Part shown: in pieces, positions 17,491 through 24,905 of the stretch
Position numbering within the stretch: position 1 is the first letter of the stretch
Layout: every line of letters starts with the position of its first letter
IMG/VR virus record: IMGVR_UViG_3300044825_001003
Coordinates: 1 to 64,000 of that record
Length of the DNA stretch: 64,000 nucleotides
Direction: 5' to 3' (one strand)
Source: a virus
Made by a program: the position numbers and the translations under genes
The notes under the pieces: model-generated
The model's database searches: none
What the model was told of the DNA's origin: nothing
The model's input: the letters and a program-made list of their open reading frames with translations, nothing else

Positions 17491-17836
17491 CAAACATATT
17501 TTCAAATTTTTAGAAAAATCCACCTCACCATAAACCAAACTTATACCACCCTCTATCCCCCTTAGCTACAAAACCGACACTTATGTGGCATAGATATAGA
17601 ATAGTCTATGCGCGCTTGTATAACATTTATTTATAGAGCAGCCGATATTTCCATTCTACGCGGCCTCTGTTCCGCTCTGTTTCGTAGTACCCTAGACTGC
17701 CCAGTACCATATATCGTCAAAAACCTGACAGTAACTGACTCAGATTTTCGAGCTAGATCCCCAGTACTAAACCCTCGTTAGTACCATTGCCTGTCGGGGG
17801 TCAAAACCACACTTTCGGTTGTTGTACTATATAGAG

Positions 17837-18847
17837 GTGCGATACATATCATTGTGTTCTGGGATAGAGGCGGCTAGTGTCGCGTGGGAGCCGCTTGGGT
17901 GGGTGCCTGTAGCGTTCTTTGAGATTAACAGATATTCATCTAAGCTGCTGCGGCATTACTATCCGGAGGTGCCTAACCTTGGGGATATTACGAAAATGGA
18001 TTGGCGGCGGTTGAATGGTAGGGCGGATGTAGTTGTTGGCGGGACTCCGTGCCAATCTTTTAGCATGGCGGGGAACCGTGAGTCCTTATCTGATGCTAGG
18101 GGTAATTTGACACTGGAGTTTGTAAATGCAGTTAACATCATCAAGCCAAGATTTGTTGTATGGGAAAACGTCCCAGGGGTTTTATCGACAAAGGACAACG
18201 CCTTTGGTTATTTCTTGGGAGGATTGGCTGGCGCTTCGGAGCCCTTGTCTTATTCCGCAAAGCGAGGCTGTTGGCCCGGTTCAGGTGTGGTCGATGGACC
18301 CGAGAGATCAGTCGCGTGGCGTACCTTGGACGCTCAATACTTCGGACTGGCCCAACGACGCAAGCGTGTGTTCGTTGTCGCAAGTGATCGAAACTCAACC
18401 CATCCCTTCGAAATACTTTTTGAGCCCGAAGGCGTGCAGAGGAATTCTCCACCGCTCCGTCCAGAGGAAGAGGAAGTTGCCGGAACACTTACGCGACGCT
18501 CTCCTGGCGGTAAGTGGGGAACAGATGATTCCTTCTCTGGATACCTCCTCCCATACCAAGTCAGAAGTGCCGAGGGAAGCGAAGGACTGACTTTAACTAA
18601 AAAGAATATCGGAAACCATCTCAATAACCAGACCCCCCTTGTCTTTGGTCCTGAGACGGCGGTTCGGAGATTAACTCCTCTTGAGTGTGAACGGCTTCAA
18701 GGTTTTCCTGACAACTACACCAATATCCCTGGATGTGCTGATGCTCAACGCTATAAAGCGCTTGGTGACTCGATGGCCGTCCCTGTCATGCGGTGGATTG
18801 GGGAGCGGATCAAGCGGCAGACCACACTTTGTAAACCTTGCCCATAG
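17837..18847 (+). CDS. DNA (cytosine-5)-methyltransferase
   Basis: SLCSGIEA (I), GGTPCQSFS (IV), WENVPG (VI), QRRKRVF (VIII), RRLTPLECERLQGFPD (IX), KALGDSMAVPV (X); start probably GTG 17837. Confidence 0.95.
   Translation: MRYISLCSGIEAASVAWEPLGWVPVAFFEINRYSSKLLRHYYPEVPNLGDITKMDWRRLNGRADVVVGGTPCQSFSMAGNRESLSDARGNLTLEFVNAVNIIKPRFVVWENVPGVLSTKDNAFGYFLGGLAGASEPLSYSAKRGCWPGSGVVDGPERSVAWRTLDAQYFGLAQRRKRVFVVASDRNSTHPFEILFEPEGVQRNSPPLRPEEEEVAGTLTRRSPGGKWGTDDSFSGYLLPYQVRSAEGSEGLTLTKKNIGNHLNNQTPLVFGPETAVRRLTPLECERLQGFPDNYTNIPGCADAQRYKALGDSMAVPVMRWIGERIKRQTTLCKPCP
18126..18590 (+). CDS. Nested alternative-frame ORF inside the C5-MTase gene (possible second polypeptide)
   Basis: Protein-like WTLNTSDWPNDASVCSLSQVIE...KYFLSPKACRGILHRS..RKRKLP..L..AL segment in another frame. 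Confidence 0.5.
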   Translation: MQLTSSSQDLLYGKTSQGFYRQRTTPLVISWEDWLALRSPCLIPQSEAVGPVQVWSMDPRDQSRGVPWTLNTSDWPNDASVCSLSQVIETQPIPSKYFLSPKACRGILHRSVQRKRKLPEHLRDALLAVSGEQMIPSLDTSSHTKSEVPREAKD

Positions 18848-18905
18848 GGTCTGTCAGCCTTTAGGCTACATTGTCAATCATGAAGGGTAATGCTACCATT
18901 GACAC

Positions 18906-19154
18906 ATGGGCGGATCATTTAAGAAGCATCCCATTGGTGGTAATACTACCTCTCGGTCGGAAAAGCTCTGGAAGCGGTTGTGTAACCGGAAGTTGCGGCG
19001 GGCGATCAGCGAGGCGATGCTGCGCTTTGATGATGAGTGTACGGTCATCCCAGTAGTGGATGAGGTAGTGAACAAGTGGGATGGGCCTAAGGACGGTAAG
19101 CGGTACTACGATAAGGGTGAGGTCGGTCGGCATCCGAAGCTTATCCGGAAATAG
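18906..19154 (+). CDS. Small basic hypothetical protein, leaderless
   Basis: TTGTCA-17 nt-TACCAT-6 nt-ATG. Confidence 0.7.
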   Translation: MGGSFKKHPIGGNTTSRSEKLWKRLCNRKLRRAISEAMLRFDDECTVIPVVDEVVNKWDGPKDGKRYYDKGEVGRHPKLIRK

Positions 19155-19193
19155 ACAGCCTCGCTGGATTGTGCTACCTTGATTACACCTGCC

Positions 19194-19358
19194 ATGTTAA
19201 GAGTTAACGACACAAAGTACGATCTCTGTATCTGCGGCCATGAGCGGCAGTTTCATAAGTTCCAGTGCGGGGTATCCGCTGCGGTACAGACGGAGATGAA
19301 GCGGATCTGTAAAGAGTGTGGGTGCGATAGGTTTGAGTTGTTGAAAGAGTTACAATAA
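19194..19358 (+). CDS. Small Zn-finger protein (54 aa)
   Basis: CICGHERQFH...CKECGCDRF, translated manually. Confidence 0.55.
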   Translation: MLRVNDTKYDLCICGHERQFHKFQCGVSAAVQTEMKRICKECGCDRFELLKELQ

Positions 19359-19441
19359 AGGTAATGCGCAGGTTGCTCGTTACCTCATGGTAACGATGAG
19401 GCTTTGGCCCCGCGAGCCAGTTAATCACGGGGCATTTTGAC

Positions 19442-19600
19442 ATGGATAAAGACTACCTGCTCCCAAATGAACCAGTATTAGATAAAGACGTAGCGGAGCC
19501 TGAAGACTTTTCTGCGCTCCACTACTGGGCGCTATCGAATGAAGAATGGCTGAGTCGCATGGCTGAGGTTATTAGGCGGCGTAAGCTCGATAAGTGCTAG
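19442..19600 (+). CDS. Small hypothetical protein (52 aa)
   Basis: Manual translation MDKDYLLPNEP...RRRKLDKC. Confidence 0.45.
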   Translation: MDKDYLLPNEPVLDKDVAEPEDFSALHYWALSNEEWLSRMAEVIRRRKLDKC

Positions 19601-19609
19601 AATCTCTTT

Positions 19610-20305
19610 ATGCATTATCTCGGCGGTAAATTCCGAATTAGAAAACAGATCGCGGCTCATATCCAGCCTTACGTTACAGAGCGGTACTTTGAGCCGTTCT
19701 GCGGATCAGCCTGGGTGGGAGAATTGATCCAGGCTCCGAAGAGAATCTTCTCGGACTCCCACCCTGAACTTATCGCCCTCTGGAACGCCGTGCTTAATGG
19801 CTGGCACCCTCCTGAGCATATATCGGAAGAGGAATACAAGCGGCTAAAAGATGGCGGCGGTCCACCCTACCTGAGAGGATTCGTTGGGTTTGGATGTAGC
19901 TTCTCGGGTAAGTGGTTTGGCGGGTATGCGAGAGATCCTCATTCCGAGCGCAGTTACGCCTCCAATACAAGGAACCAGTTTATCAAGAGACGTAATCTAT
20001 TTAACGGGTCTACATTTATTAACTGGGACTATCGGGATGTTTTTAGCCTACTCCATGAGGGAGATGTGGTTTATTGCGATCCTCCTTATTTTGGGACTAC
20101 CGGGTATAAGGGTACTGATCCTTTTGACCACAATCTATTCTGGGAGAACTGCCGCACTGCTGCACAGTCGGGAGTTAAGATCTTTGTGAGCGAGTACACC
20201 GCGCCAGACTACGCTAAATGCGTACTTGAAATGCCGACAAAGACCTCTCTCCACACAGATAAAGGCGTGGCGCAAGACCGTATCGAGCGACTGTTCACCA
20301 TTTAA
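19610..20305 (+). CDS. DNA adenine methyltransferase (Dam/D12 class)
   Basis: YLGGK, FEPFCGS, YCDPPY, FVSEY; leaderless layout TAGAAT-6 nt-ATG. Confidence 0.93.
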   Translation: MHYLGGKFRIRKQIAAHIQPYVTERYFEPFCGSAWVGELIQAPKRIFSDSHPELIALWNAVLNGWHPPEHISEEEYKRLKDGGGPPYLRGFVGFGCSFSGKWFGGYARDPHSERSYASNTRNQFIKRRNLFNGSTFINWDYRDVFSLLHEGDVVYCDPPYFGTTGYKGTDPFDHNLFWENCRTAAQSGVKIFVSEYTAPDYAKCVLEMPTKTSLHTDKGVAQDRIERLFTI

Positions 20306-20341
20306 TTGCCATCCTCCCCGCCTACTCGTTACCATTTACTC

Positions 20342-20761
20342 ATGGAAGATAGACAGGTATCGAAGGACTTTAAGGCTTCGGAGTTGTGGTGTAAGCACTG
20401 TAAGGCTGAGGGGATTAAGGAAGAGTTTGTCGCGGTGTTGCAGGACTTCCGTGACTTCCTTGGTGCGCCGGTTGTGATTACGAGCGGGTATCGGTGCGCC
20501 CAGCATCCGGTTGAGCGGGGGAAGAAGCCAGGGACCGTGGCTCGTCATGTGCTCGGCGTAGCGGTGGATATGTACTGCCCGTCCATGTCACTTGAGCAGT
20601 TCCATTCTAAGATCCGGGAGTTCGGTCGCTTCCAGGGGATCGGCGTCTCCCTCCCCAGCAACTTCATTCATTGCGATACCCGCACCGCTCCCGCCTACTG
20701 GTGCTATTCCTCCACCGGCAAAACCCTCCCTTGGAACGGTGAGTGGTCTTCCTTGAATTGA
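20342..20761 (+). CDS. Peptidase M15A family (candidate endolysin)
   Basis: F...E..CKHC, ITSGYRC..H, RHVLGVAVD, FIHCDTR. Confidence 0.88.
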   Translation: MEDRQVSKDFKASELWCKHCKAEGIKEEFVAVLQDFRDFLGAPVVITSGYRCAQHPVERGKKPGTVARHVLGVAVDMYCPSMSLEQFHSKIREFGRFQGIGVSLPSNFIHCDTRTAPAYWCYSSTGKTLPWNGEWSSLN

Positions 20762-20804
20762 CTCAGCCATCCTTTCTAAAGTAGAATTGCTGAAAGGAGA
20801 ATGG

Positions 20805-21041
20805 ATGAAGCAGCGGCGGATCGAGATGAAGTTCCCTAAAGGGGAATCGGCCTGCATGAGTCTTTCTTATGTCATCACGGCGCTATCCGCGGTCCATGAT
20901 CTCATGGTCCTGGCTGGGGTCAACCCGAATGATGCCATGATCGAGGGCGAGATTGCCATTTGCTACATGTCGCCACTGACGGAAGAGGAGAAAGAGAATG
21001 AGCCAGGAGACGCTGGAGTTCATCAACCGATCAGCGGCTGA
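20805..21041 (+). CDS. Hypothetical protein
   Basis: RBS AAAGGAGAA. Confidence 0.55.
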   Translation: MKQRRIEMKFPKGESACMSLSYVITALSAVHDLMVLAGVNPNDAMIEGEIAICYMSPLTEEEKENEPGDAGVHQPISG

Positions 21042-21180
21042 TAGATTTGTTGATAACGTGATTAACAACAAGGCGCGGCCTGATGACGACGAGAAGCTGA
21101 AAGGCTATCTCTTCTACCTACTTCAGTGCGCTACTGAGCGGGGGTTTACGGAGGGATTTATTGAAGGGAGGAAGGAGTGA
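20998..21180 (+). CDS. Hypothetical protein
   Basis: Operonic ORF with an RBS. Confidence 0.55.
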   Translation: MSQETLEFINRSAADRFVDNVINNKARPDDDEKLKGYLFYLLQCATERGFTEGFIEGRKE

Positions 21181-21383
21181 TGCGATACTGGACCTACGTT
21201 GAACCGGGAGAGGATGGCAAGCCGAACTACGTTACCGTGTCGGAAGAAGAGATTCGCCGGGATTACTGGCCGGTCTGGGTTCGGCTAATGGAAAACGCTG
21301 GTGGATGGTCGCCAGATCTTTGCATTGAAGATTGCATAGATGACTGGTCAACGATTCATGGCGCATGGAAGGTGGAGGAATGA
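21177..21383 (+). CDS. Hypothetical Trp-rich protein
   Basis: SEEEIRRDYW...CIDDWSTIHGAW; RBS AAGGAG. Confidence 0.65.
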   Translation: MMRYWTYVEPGEDGKPNYVTVSEEEIRRDYWPVWVRLMENAGGWSPDLCIEDCIDDWSTIHGAWKVEE

Positions 21384-21760
21384 AAGTAATCATTGCTGGA
21401 TCACGGACTTATCGCGGCGGTGCCGAGGGCGTTCATGTCGCGGTGAAAGAGTCTGGGTTTGACGTGACAACTGTTATTTCGGGAGTTGCCCGTGGCGCGG
21501 ATCTTGCTGGAGAAGACTGGGCATGGGCTAAGGGTATTCCGATTGAGCGATATCCCGCCGACTGGAAGAAGCACGGTCGATCTGCCGGGATGATCCGCAA
21601 CAACCAGATGGCCGAAGCCGCCGATGCTCTCATCGCCCTCTGGGACGGAACAAGTCGCGGCACTCTCCACATGATCTCGAAGATGAAGCTCGACGGAAAA
21701 CCCGTCTTCGTCTATTGGGATAAGAAGTGGTTTGAAGCCTTGACTGAACCCTTTGAATAA
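21380..21760 (+). CDS. SLOG-family (YspA/DUF2493-like) protein
   Basis: KVIIAGSR, VISGVARGAD, YPADWKKHGRSAGMIRNNQM, LWDGTSRGT. Confidence 0.88.
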   Translation: MKVIIAGSRTYRGGAEGVHVAVKESGFDVTTVISGVARGADLAGEDWAWAKGIPIERYPADWKKHGRSAGMIRNNQMAEAADALIALWDGTSRGTLHMISKMKLDGKPVFVYWDKKWFEALTEPFE

Positions 21761-21787
21761 CTGTACAATTGATCGAAAGGAGAACAA

Positions 21788-22006
21788 ATGCCTGTAGTTT
21801 CAACATTTCACATTTCTAGCGAAGGTGAGAATATGGTCACCGTTGGGTTCGAAGGAGGTAAGGTAAACTTTCTTCAGACTCGCGAAAACGGCGACACGAG
21901 CGTTATCCAGATAAACGAGGATATGGCCCGCTTGTTGGTTGACTGCCTCTATGCTGGCATCGGTCTTATCCGAAATGACTTCCGTTCGTCTTTTGATAAG
22001 GAATAA
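21788..22006 (+). CDS. Hypothetical protein
   Basis: RBS CGAAAGGAGAAC. Confidence 0.65.
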   Translation: MPVVSTFHISSEGENMVTVGFEGGKVNFLQTRENGDTSVIQINEDMARLLVDCLYAGIGLIRNDFRSSFDKE

Positions 22007-22008
22007 CA

Positions 22009-22209
22009 ATGTTCAAAAACCTGAATCTTGAATTGAAGAATGAACTCGACAAGCAAGAAGTAAAGATCCTAATGGGCCAGGATGGGACGGTCCATCTGAC
22101 GTTTGGATCTAATACCATGTCCATGAATATTGGGTTCGTTAATGAACTGATCGACGCGCTAACTATCGTCGCAAATGCCCGTCTTCGCATGGGACTGGGG
22201 GAAGAATGA
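22009..22209 (+). CDS. Hypothetical protein
   Basis: RBS AAGGA; operonic. Confidence 0.6.
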   Translation: MFKNLNLELKNELDKQEVKILMGQDGTVHLTFGSNTMSMNIGFVNELIDALTIVANARLRMGLGEE

Positions 22210-22382
22210 AGATACGTCTATATACTGTCGTGGCGGCTCAAACCACTTCTTCGCTAGTGAGGGATGTTAACTCCTACATTCAGGATGGCTACCAACCTTA
22301 CGGCGATATGGTAAAAGATCCAACCTCAACTATGTCGTGGTTCTATCAACCGATGGTAAAGTACGAGGAGAATGAAAAGTGA
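22206..22382 (+). CDS. DUF1737-like small protein (58 aa)
   Basis: YTVV...LVRDVNSYIQDGYQPYG...FYQPMVK; ATGA/GTGA coupling. Confidence 0.65.
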   Translation: MKIRLYTVVAAQTTSSLVRDVNSYIQDGYQPYGDMVKDPTSTMSWFYQPMVKYEENEK

Positions 22383-22579
22383 GCAATAGTCAAAACGTAA
22401 CCGTCAGCTTTCCGTTTCTTGGGATGTTGACCCTTTTGTTTATCGGCCTGAAGCTAACCAACCAGATCTATTGGTCTTGGGTTTGGGTTCTGGCTCCCAT
22501 GTGGGCTCCGATAGCACTACTGTTTCTAGTGCTTGCTATCGTGCTTATCGCTAAGCTCGTTGTGGCAATCTTTGAATAG
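22379..22579 (+). CDS. Small two-helix membrane protein
   Basis: LTLLFIGLKLTNQIYWSWVWVLAPMW. Confidence 0.75.
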   Translation: MSNSQNVTVSFPFLGMLTLLFIGLKLTNQIYWSWVWVLAPMWAPIALLFLVLAIVLIAKLVVAIFE

Positions 22580-22676
22580 CCTTATTAAAGGGAAAGCCCC
22601 TATCCTTTAATAACGACTGCGGTAATTAAAGGATGCTTTAGTTGCAAGAAAAATAATCTTGTGATAGATTAAAAGA

Positions 22677-22736
22677 GTACACAAACGGTCATAGCAGAAA
22701 AGCCCTCGACTCCCCTCCCTCCGGTCGAGGGCTTTT
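22677..22736 (+). ncRNA. Candidate sRNA 1 with a C-rich anti-SD loop
   Basis: TTGCAA(22642)-17 nt-TAGATT(22665) promoter, no ORF, 13-bp stem with loop TCCCCTCCCTCCG, ending TTTT. Confidence 0.55.
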
Positions 22737-22757
22737 GAATTGAGGTAGAATCAAAAC

Positions 22758-22925
22758 ATGGAACAAATCAGTTGCCACACTTGCAAGTACGCCGCAAAGC
22801 TGGCCTCAGCAACCGAGGCCTACTACATATGCTTCCCGATGAATCAGCGCTCAATGGATGTGTCGCAGAAGGGAGCGCCAAACTGGTGCCCTATCTTGCA
22901 ACAGAAAGAGGCGGCGAGTGAGTGA
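22758..22925 (+). CDS. Small 4-Cys protein (55 aa), leaderless
   Basis: MEQISCHTCKY...YICFP...APNWCPIL; TAGAAT-6 nt-ATG. Confidence 0.65.
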   Translation: MEQISCHTCKYAAKLASATEAYYICFPMNQRSMDVSQKGAPNWCPILQQKEAASE

Positions 22926-23136
22926 TTATTCAATTGATACCGACCCTCGCTTTATGGACAAGACCGCAAAGGTGGCACTAGGCAAGCAGGTCAAGGTAAG
23001 CTCGTGCTATAACTGTCCTTTTTATCAGAAAAGCGAACTGAAGGATTGGGAGTTCTGTCATTACGCCGGAAAAGACCTGACCTTGCGGATCGGACAGAAT
23101 TTTCCTATCTGGTGCCCGCTCGAAACCGCCCAATGA
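22918..23136 (+). CDS. Small 4-Cys protein
   Basis: SSCYNCPF...FCHY...FPIWCPL; GTG start. Confidence 0.65.
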   Translation: MSDYSIDTDPRFMDKTAKVALGKQVKVSSCYNCPFYQKSELKDWEFCHYAGKDLTLRIGQNFPIWCPLETAQ

Positions 23137-23354
23137 TACTGCAACTAAACCCTCCATTGCCCATGACTACCTCAAAAGGGCAGGGTTTTGCGCACTTTTT
23201 GATCGACTACAGCCAGGAGCACGACCTGATCTGGGTGGTTTTTATGAAAGATACCGGCCAATGCTGGTCTTTTCCCAATAAAGACGTCAGATTGGACGCA
23301 AATTTCACTCTCGGAACCGGGAAAGACCCTTGGATGTCGTCAAAAACTGACTAA
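23133..23354 (+). CDS. Hypothetical protein
   Basis: MILQLNPPLP...GFAHFLIDYSQEHDLIWVVF; ATGA coupling. Confidence 0.7.
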   Translation: MILQLNPPLPMTTSKGQGFAHFLIDYSQEHDLIWVVFMKDTGQCWSFPNKDVRLDANFTLGTGKDPWMSSKTD

Positions 23355-23363
23355 GGAGACTGA

Positions 23364-23717
23364 ATGTTGAAGATTATTGTGAATAAACCCTCCGCAGGAG
23401 GGGAGCGTGGTCATCTTTGTGCTACTTGCAAGTACTCTGATCGAGTTTCAGGCCCTGGCTGGGAACGAAATCGCTGTACTAGCTTCGGTGAAATCACTCG
23501 TCAAGTCACAGATTGCTCGTGTTATAAGACTCAGGACGAATGCAGGACTGTTCAGGATGCTCCAAACGCCATTCTGAACGCCGCGAAGTACTTTGTCGAG
23601 TACAATGGTGAGTTTTTCTGCTTGAGCTACTCGCAATTCGATGCTTTCGATGGTACTTATGACGACGAAAAGCGGGAAAAGATGATGAGAAAGTGGGGTT
23701 TCCTTCGAGATGAATAA
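23364..23717 (+). CDS. Cys-containing hypothetical protein
   Basis: LCATCKYS...C...DCSCY; RBS AAGGAG. Confidence 0.65.
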   Translation: MLKIIVNKPSAGGERGHLCATCKYSDRVSGPGWERNRCTSFGEITRQVTDCSCYKTQDECRTVQDAPNAILNAAKYFVEYNGEFFCLSYSQFDAFDGTYDDEKREKMMRKWGFLRDE

Positions 23718-23916
23718 GAATCAGACCAAAATCATGGCCGTGATCTACAAAAACCAGAATTCTGGCATCACCCCAGACGATATCGCCAAGCAAGCACGGC
23801 TTTCTAAGGAACTTGTCTCCATGGAATTGGACGCTTTAGAGAAAATCAACGCTATCATGCCCACTCCAGGCTGTCTTTATAAGCCATCTACAGGAAAATT
23901 AAAGATGTTTGCTTGA
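23710..23916 (+). CDS. Small winged-helix protein
   Basis: ITPDDIAKQARLSKELVSMELDALEKINAI, resembling the DprA C-terminal wHTH. Confidence 0.65.
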   Translation: MNKNQTKIMAVIYKNQNSGITPDDIAKQARLSKELVSMELDALEKINAIMPTPGCLYKPSTGKLKMFA

Positions 23917-23947
23917 CGGAGGCTGCTTTTCTTGCTATATTGAAAGT

Positions 23948-24010
23948 GTTAGTTCTCCTTTCGTTTGGTTGGAAGCGGGCGCGGCCTTAAAAGCCACGTC
24001 CGCTTTTTTT
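23948..24010 (+). ncRNA. Candidate sRNA 2 with a 5' anti-Shine-Dalgarno seed
   Basis: TTGACG(23913)-17 nt-TATATT(23936) with extended TG; transcript GTTAGTTCTCCTTTCGTTTGGTTGG followed by a GC hairpin and T7 terminator; no ORF. Confidence 0.72.
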
Positions 24011-24063
24011 ATGCCTAAGTAAAAGATTGAGATTGACTTACCCGCACTGTTAATATTTAATTG

Positions 24064-24342
24064 ATGCCGGTAGACTTCTCCTACATTAAAGATCCAGGAG
24101 CAACGCTAGATTATTCGTTCGATTGGACGGACTGGCTGGGCACCGGAGAGCTTTTGTCTACGGCCACATGGACTGTTCCCGCTGGGCTGACAAAGGTATC
24201 GGAGATAAACAGCGCTTACGTGGCGACTTGTAGGATTAGCGGCGGCGTAGCAGGTGTAACATACACCGTTACATGTCAAGTTACTACCGATTTGGGAGAG
24301 ATTGACCGCAGAAGTCTACAGCTTGTGGTACAAAACCGATAA
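24064..24342 (+). CDS. Small virion/fibre adaptor protein
   Basis: KDPGATLDYSFDWTDWL...ISGG..G.TYTVTC; precedes the fibre gene. Confidence 0.7.
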   Translation: MPVDFSYIKDPGATLDYSFDWTDWLGTGELLSTATWTVPAGLTKVSEINSAYVATCRISGGVAGVTYTVTCQVTTDLGEIDRRSLQLVVQNR

Positions 24343-24343
24343 T

Positions 24344-24502
24344 ATGCAGAATGTAAACGCTCAAATTGAAAGCGCTGAGATTGAAGCCGTAATCATACGT
24401 GCTGACGGAACAAGAGTTAACCTAGGAACAATCGCCTACTACCACCGGAATCCATTGAAGCGATTGATTTACTGGCTAAAGACAAGGATTAAAAGAGGCT
24501 AG
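24344..24502 (+). CDS. Small hypothetical protein
   Basis: IEAVIIRADGTRVNLG. Confidence 0.5.
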   Translation: MQNVNAQIESAEIEAVIIRADGTRVNLGTIAYYHRNPLKRLIYWLKTRIKRG

Positions 24503-24504
24503 AC

Positions 24505-24885
24505 ATGGCAACGGTTTTAACAAACGTCGGCAAGGCGATTACTACAGGGCGAGTCAAGGGTGTCGGATCTGGCGCTGGCTCGGCTGAGCCAAATTACGTA
24601 GCTTGGGGTGTCGGTGCTGGCACCGCCGCCGCGACCGACACTACCCTATTCACCGAGACTGGATCGCGGGTGGCCGGAACCTCCACGCAGCAAACCACAT
24701 CCGTAACCAACGATACCTATCAGGTAGTTGGCACTCTTACGGCTGGTGGTTCTTTGACAATTACCAACGCTGGGCTTTTCGATGCTGCATCTAGCGGCAA
24801 CCTTTATATGAAGGGCGACTTTACCGGCATTGCCCTTACTCTCAACGAGAGCATCCAATTCACGATGAAGGTTCAGTACAGCTAA
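24505..24885 (+). CDS. Tail-fibre-associated structural protein
   Basis: VLTNVGK...YVAWGVG...ITNAGLFDAASSGNL, resembling a fibre N-terminal collar. Confidence 0.75.
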   Translation: MATVLTNVGKAITTGRVKGVGSGAGSAEPNYVAWGVGAGTAAATDTTLFTETGSRVAGTSTQQTTSVTNDTYQVVGTLTAGGSLTITNAGLFDAASSGNLYMKGDFTGIALTLNESIQFTMKVQYS

Positions 24886-24905
24886 GCGTTTAAGCGGAGA
24901 TAAAG

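Noticed and set aside
17233-17538. Pro/Arg- and Gly/Arg-rich ORFs over the G-rich tract
   Set aside because: Low-complexity artefacts of the repeat; no RBS.
19365-19435. Two-hairpin intergenic element as a tRNA
   Set aside because: No T-loop GTTCRA, no cloverleaf and no CCA; at most a terminator or leader.
23942-23972. Minus-strand RBS (AAAGGAGAAC) of a missed gene
   Set aside because: No ATG/GTG/TTG follows at usable spacing. The plus-strand promoter and terminator bracket the sequence instead.
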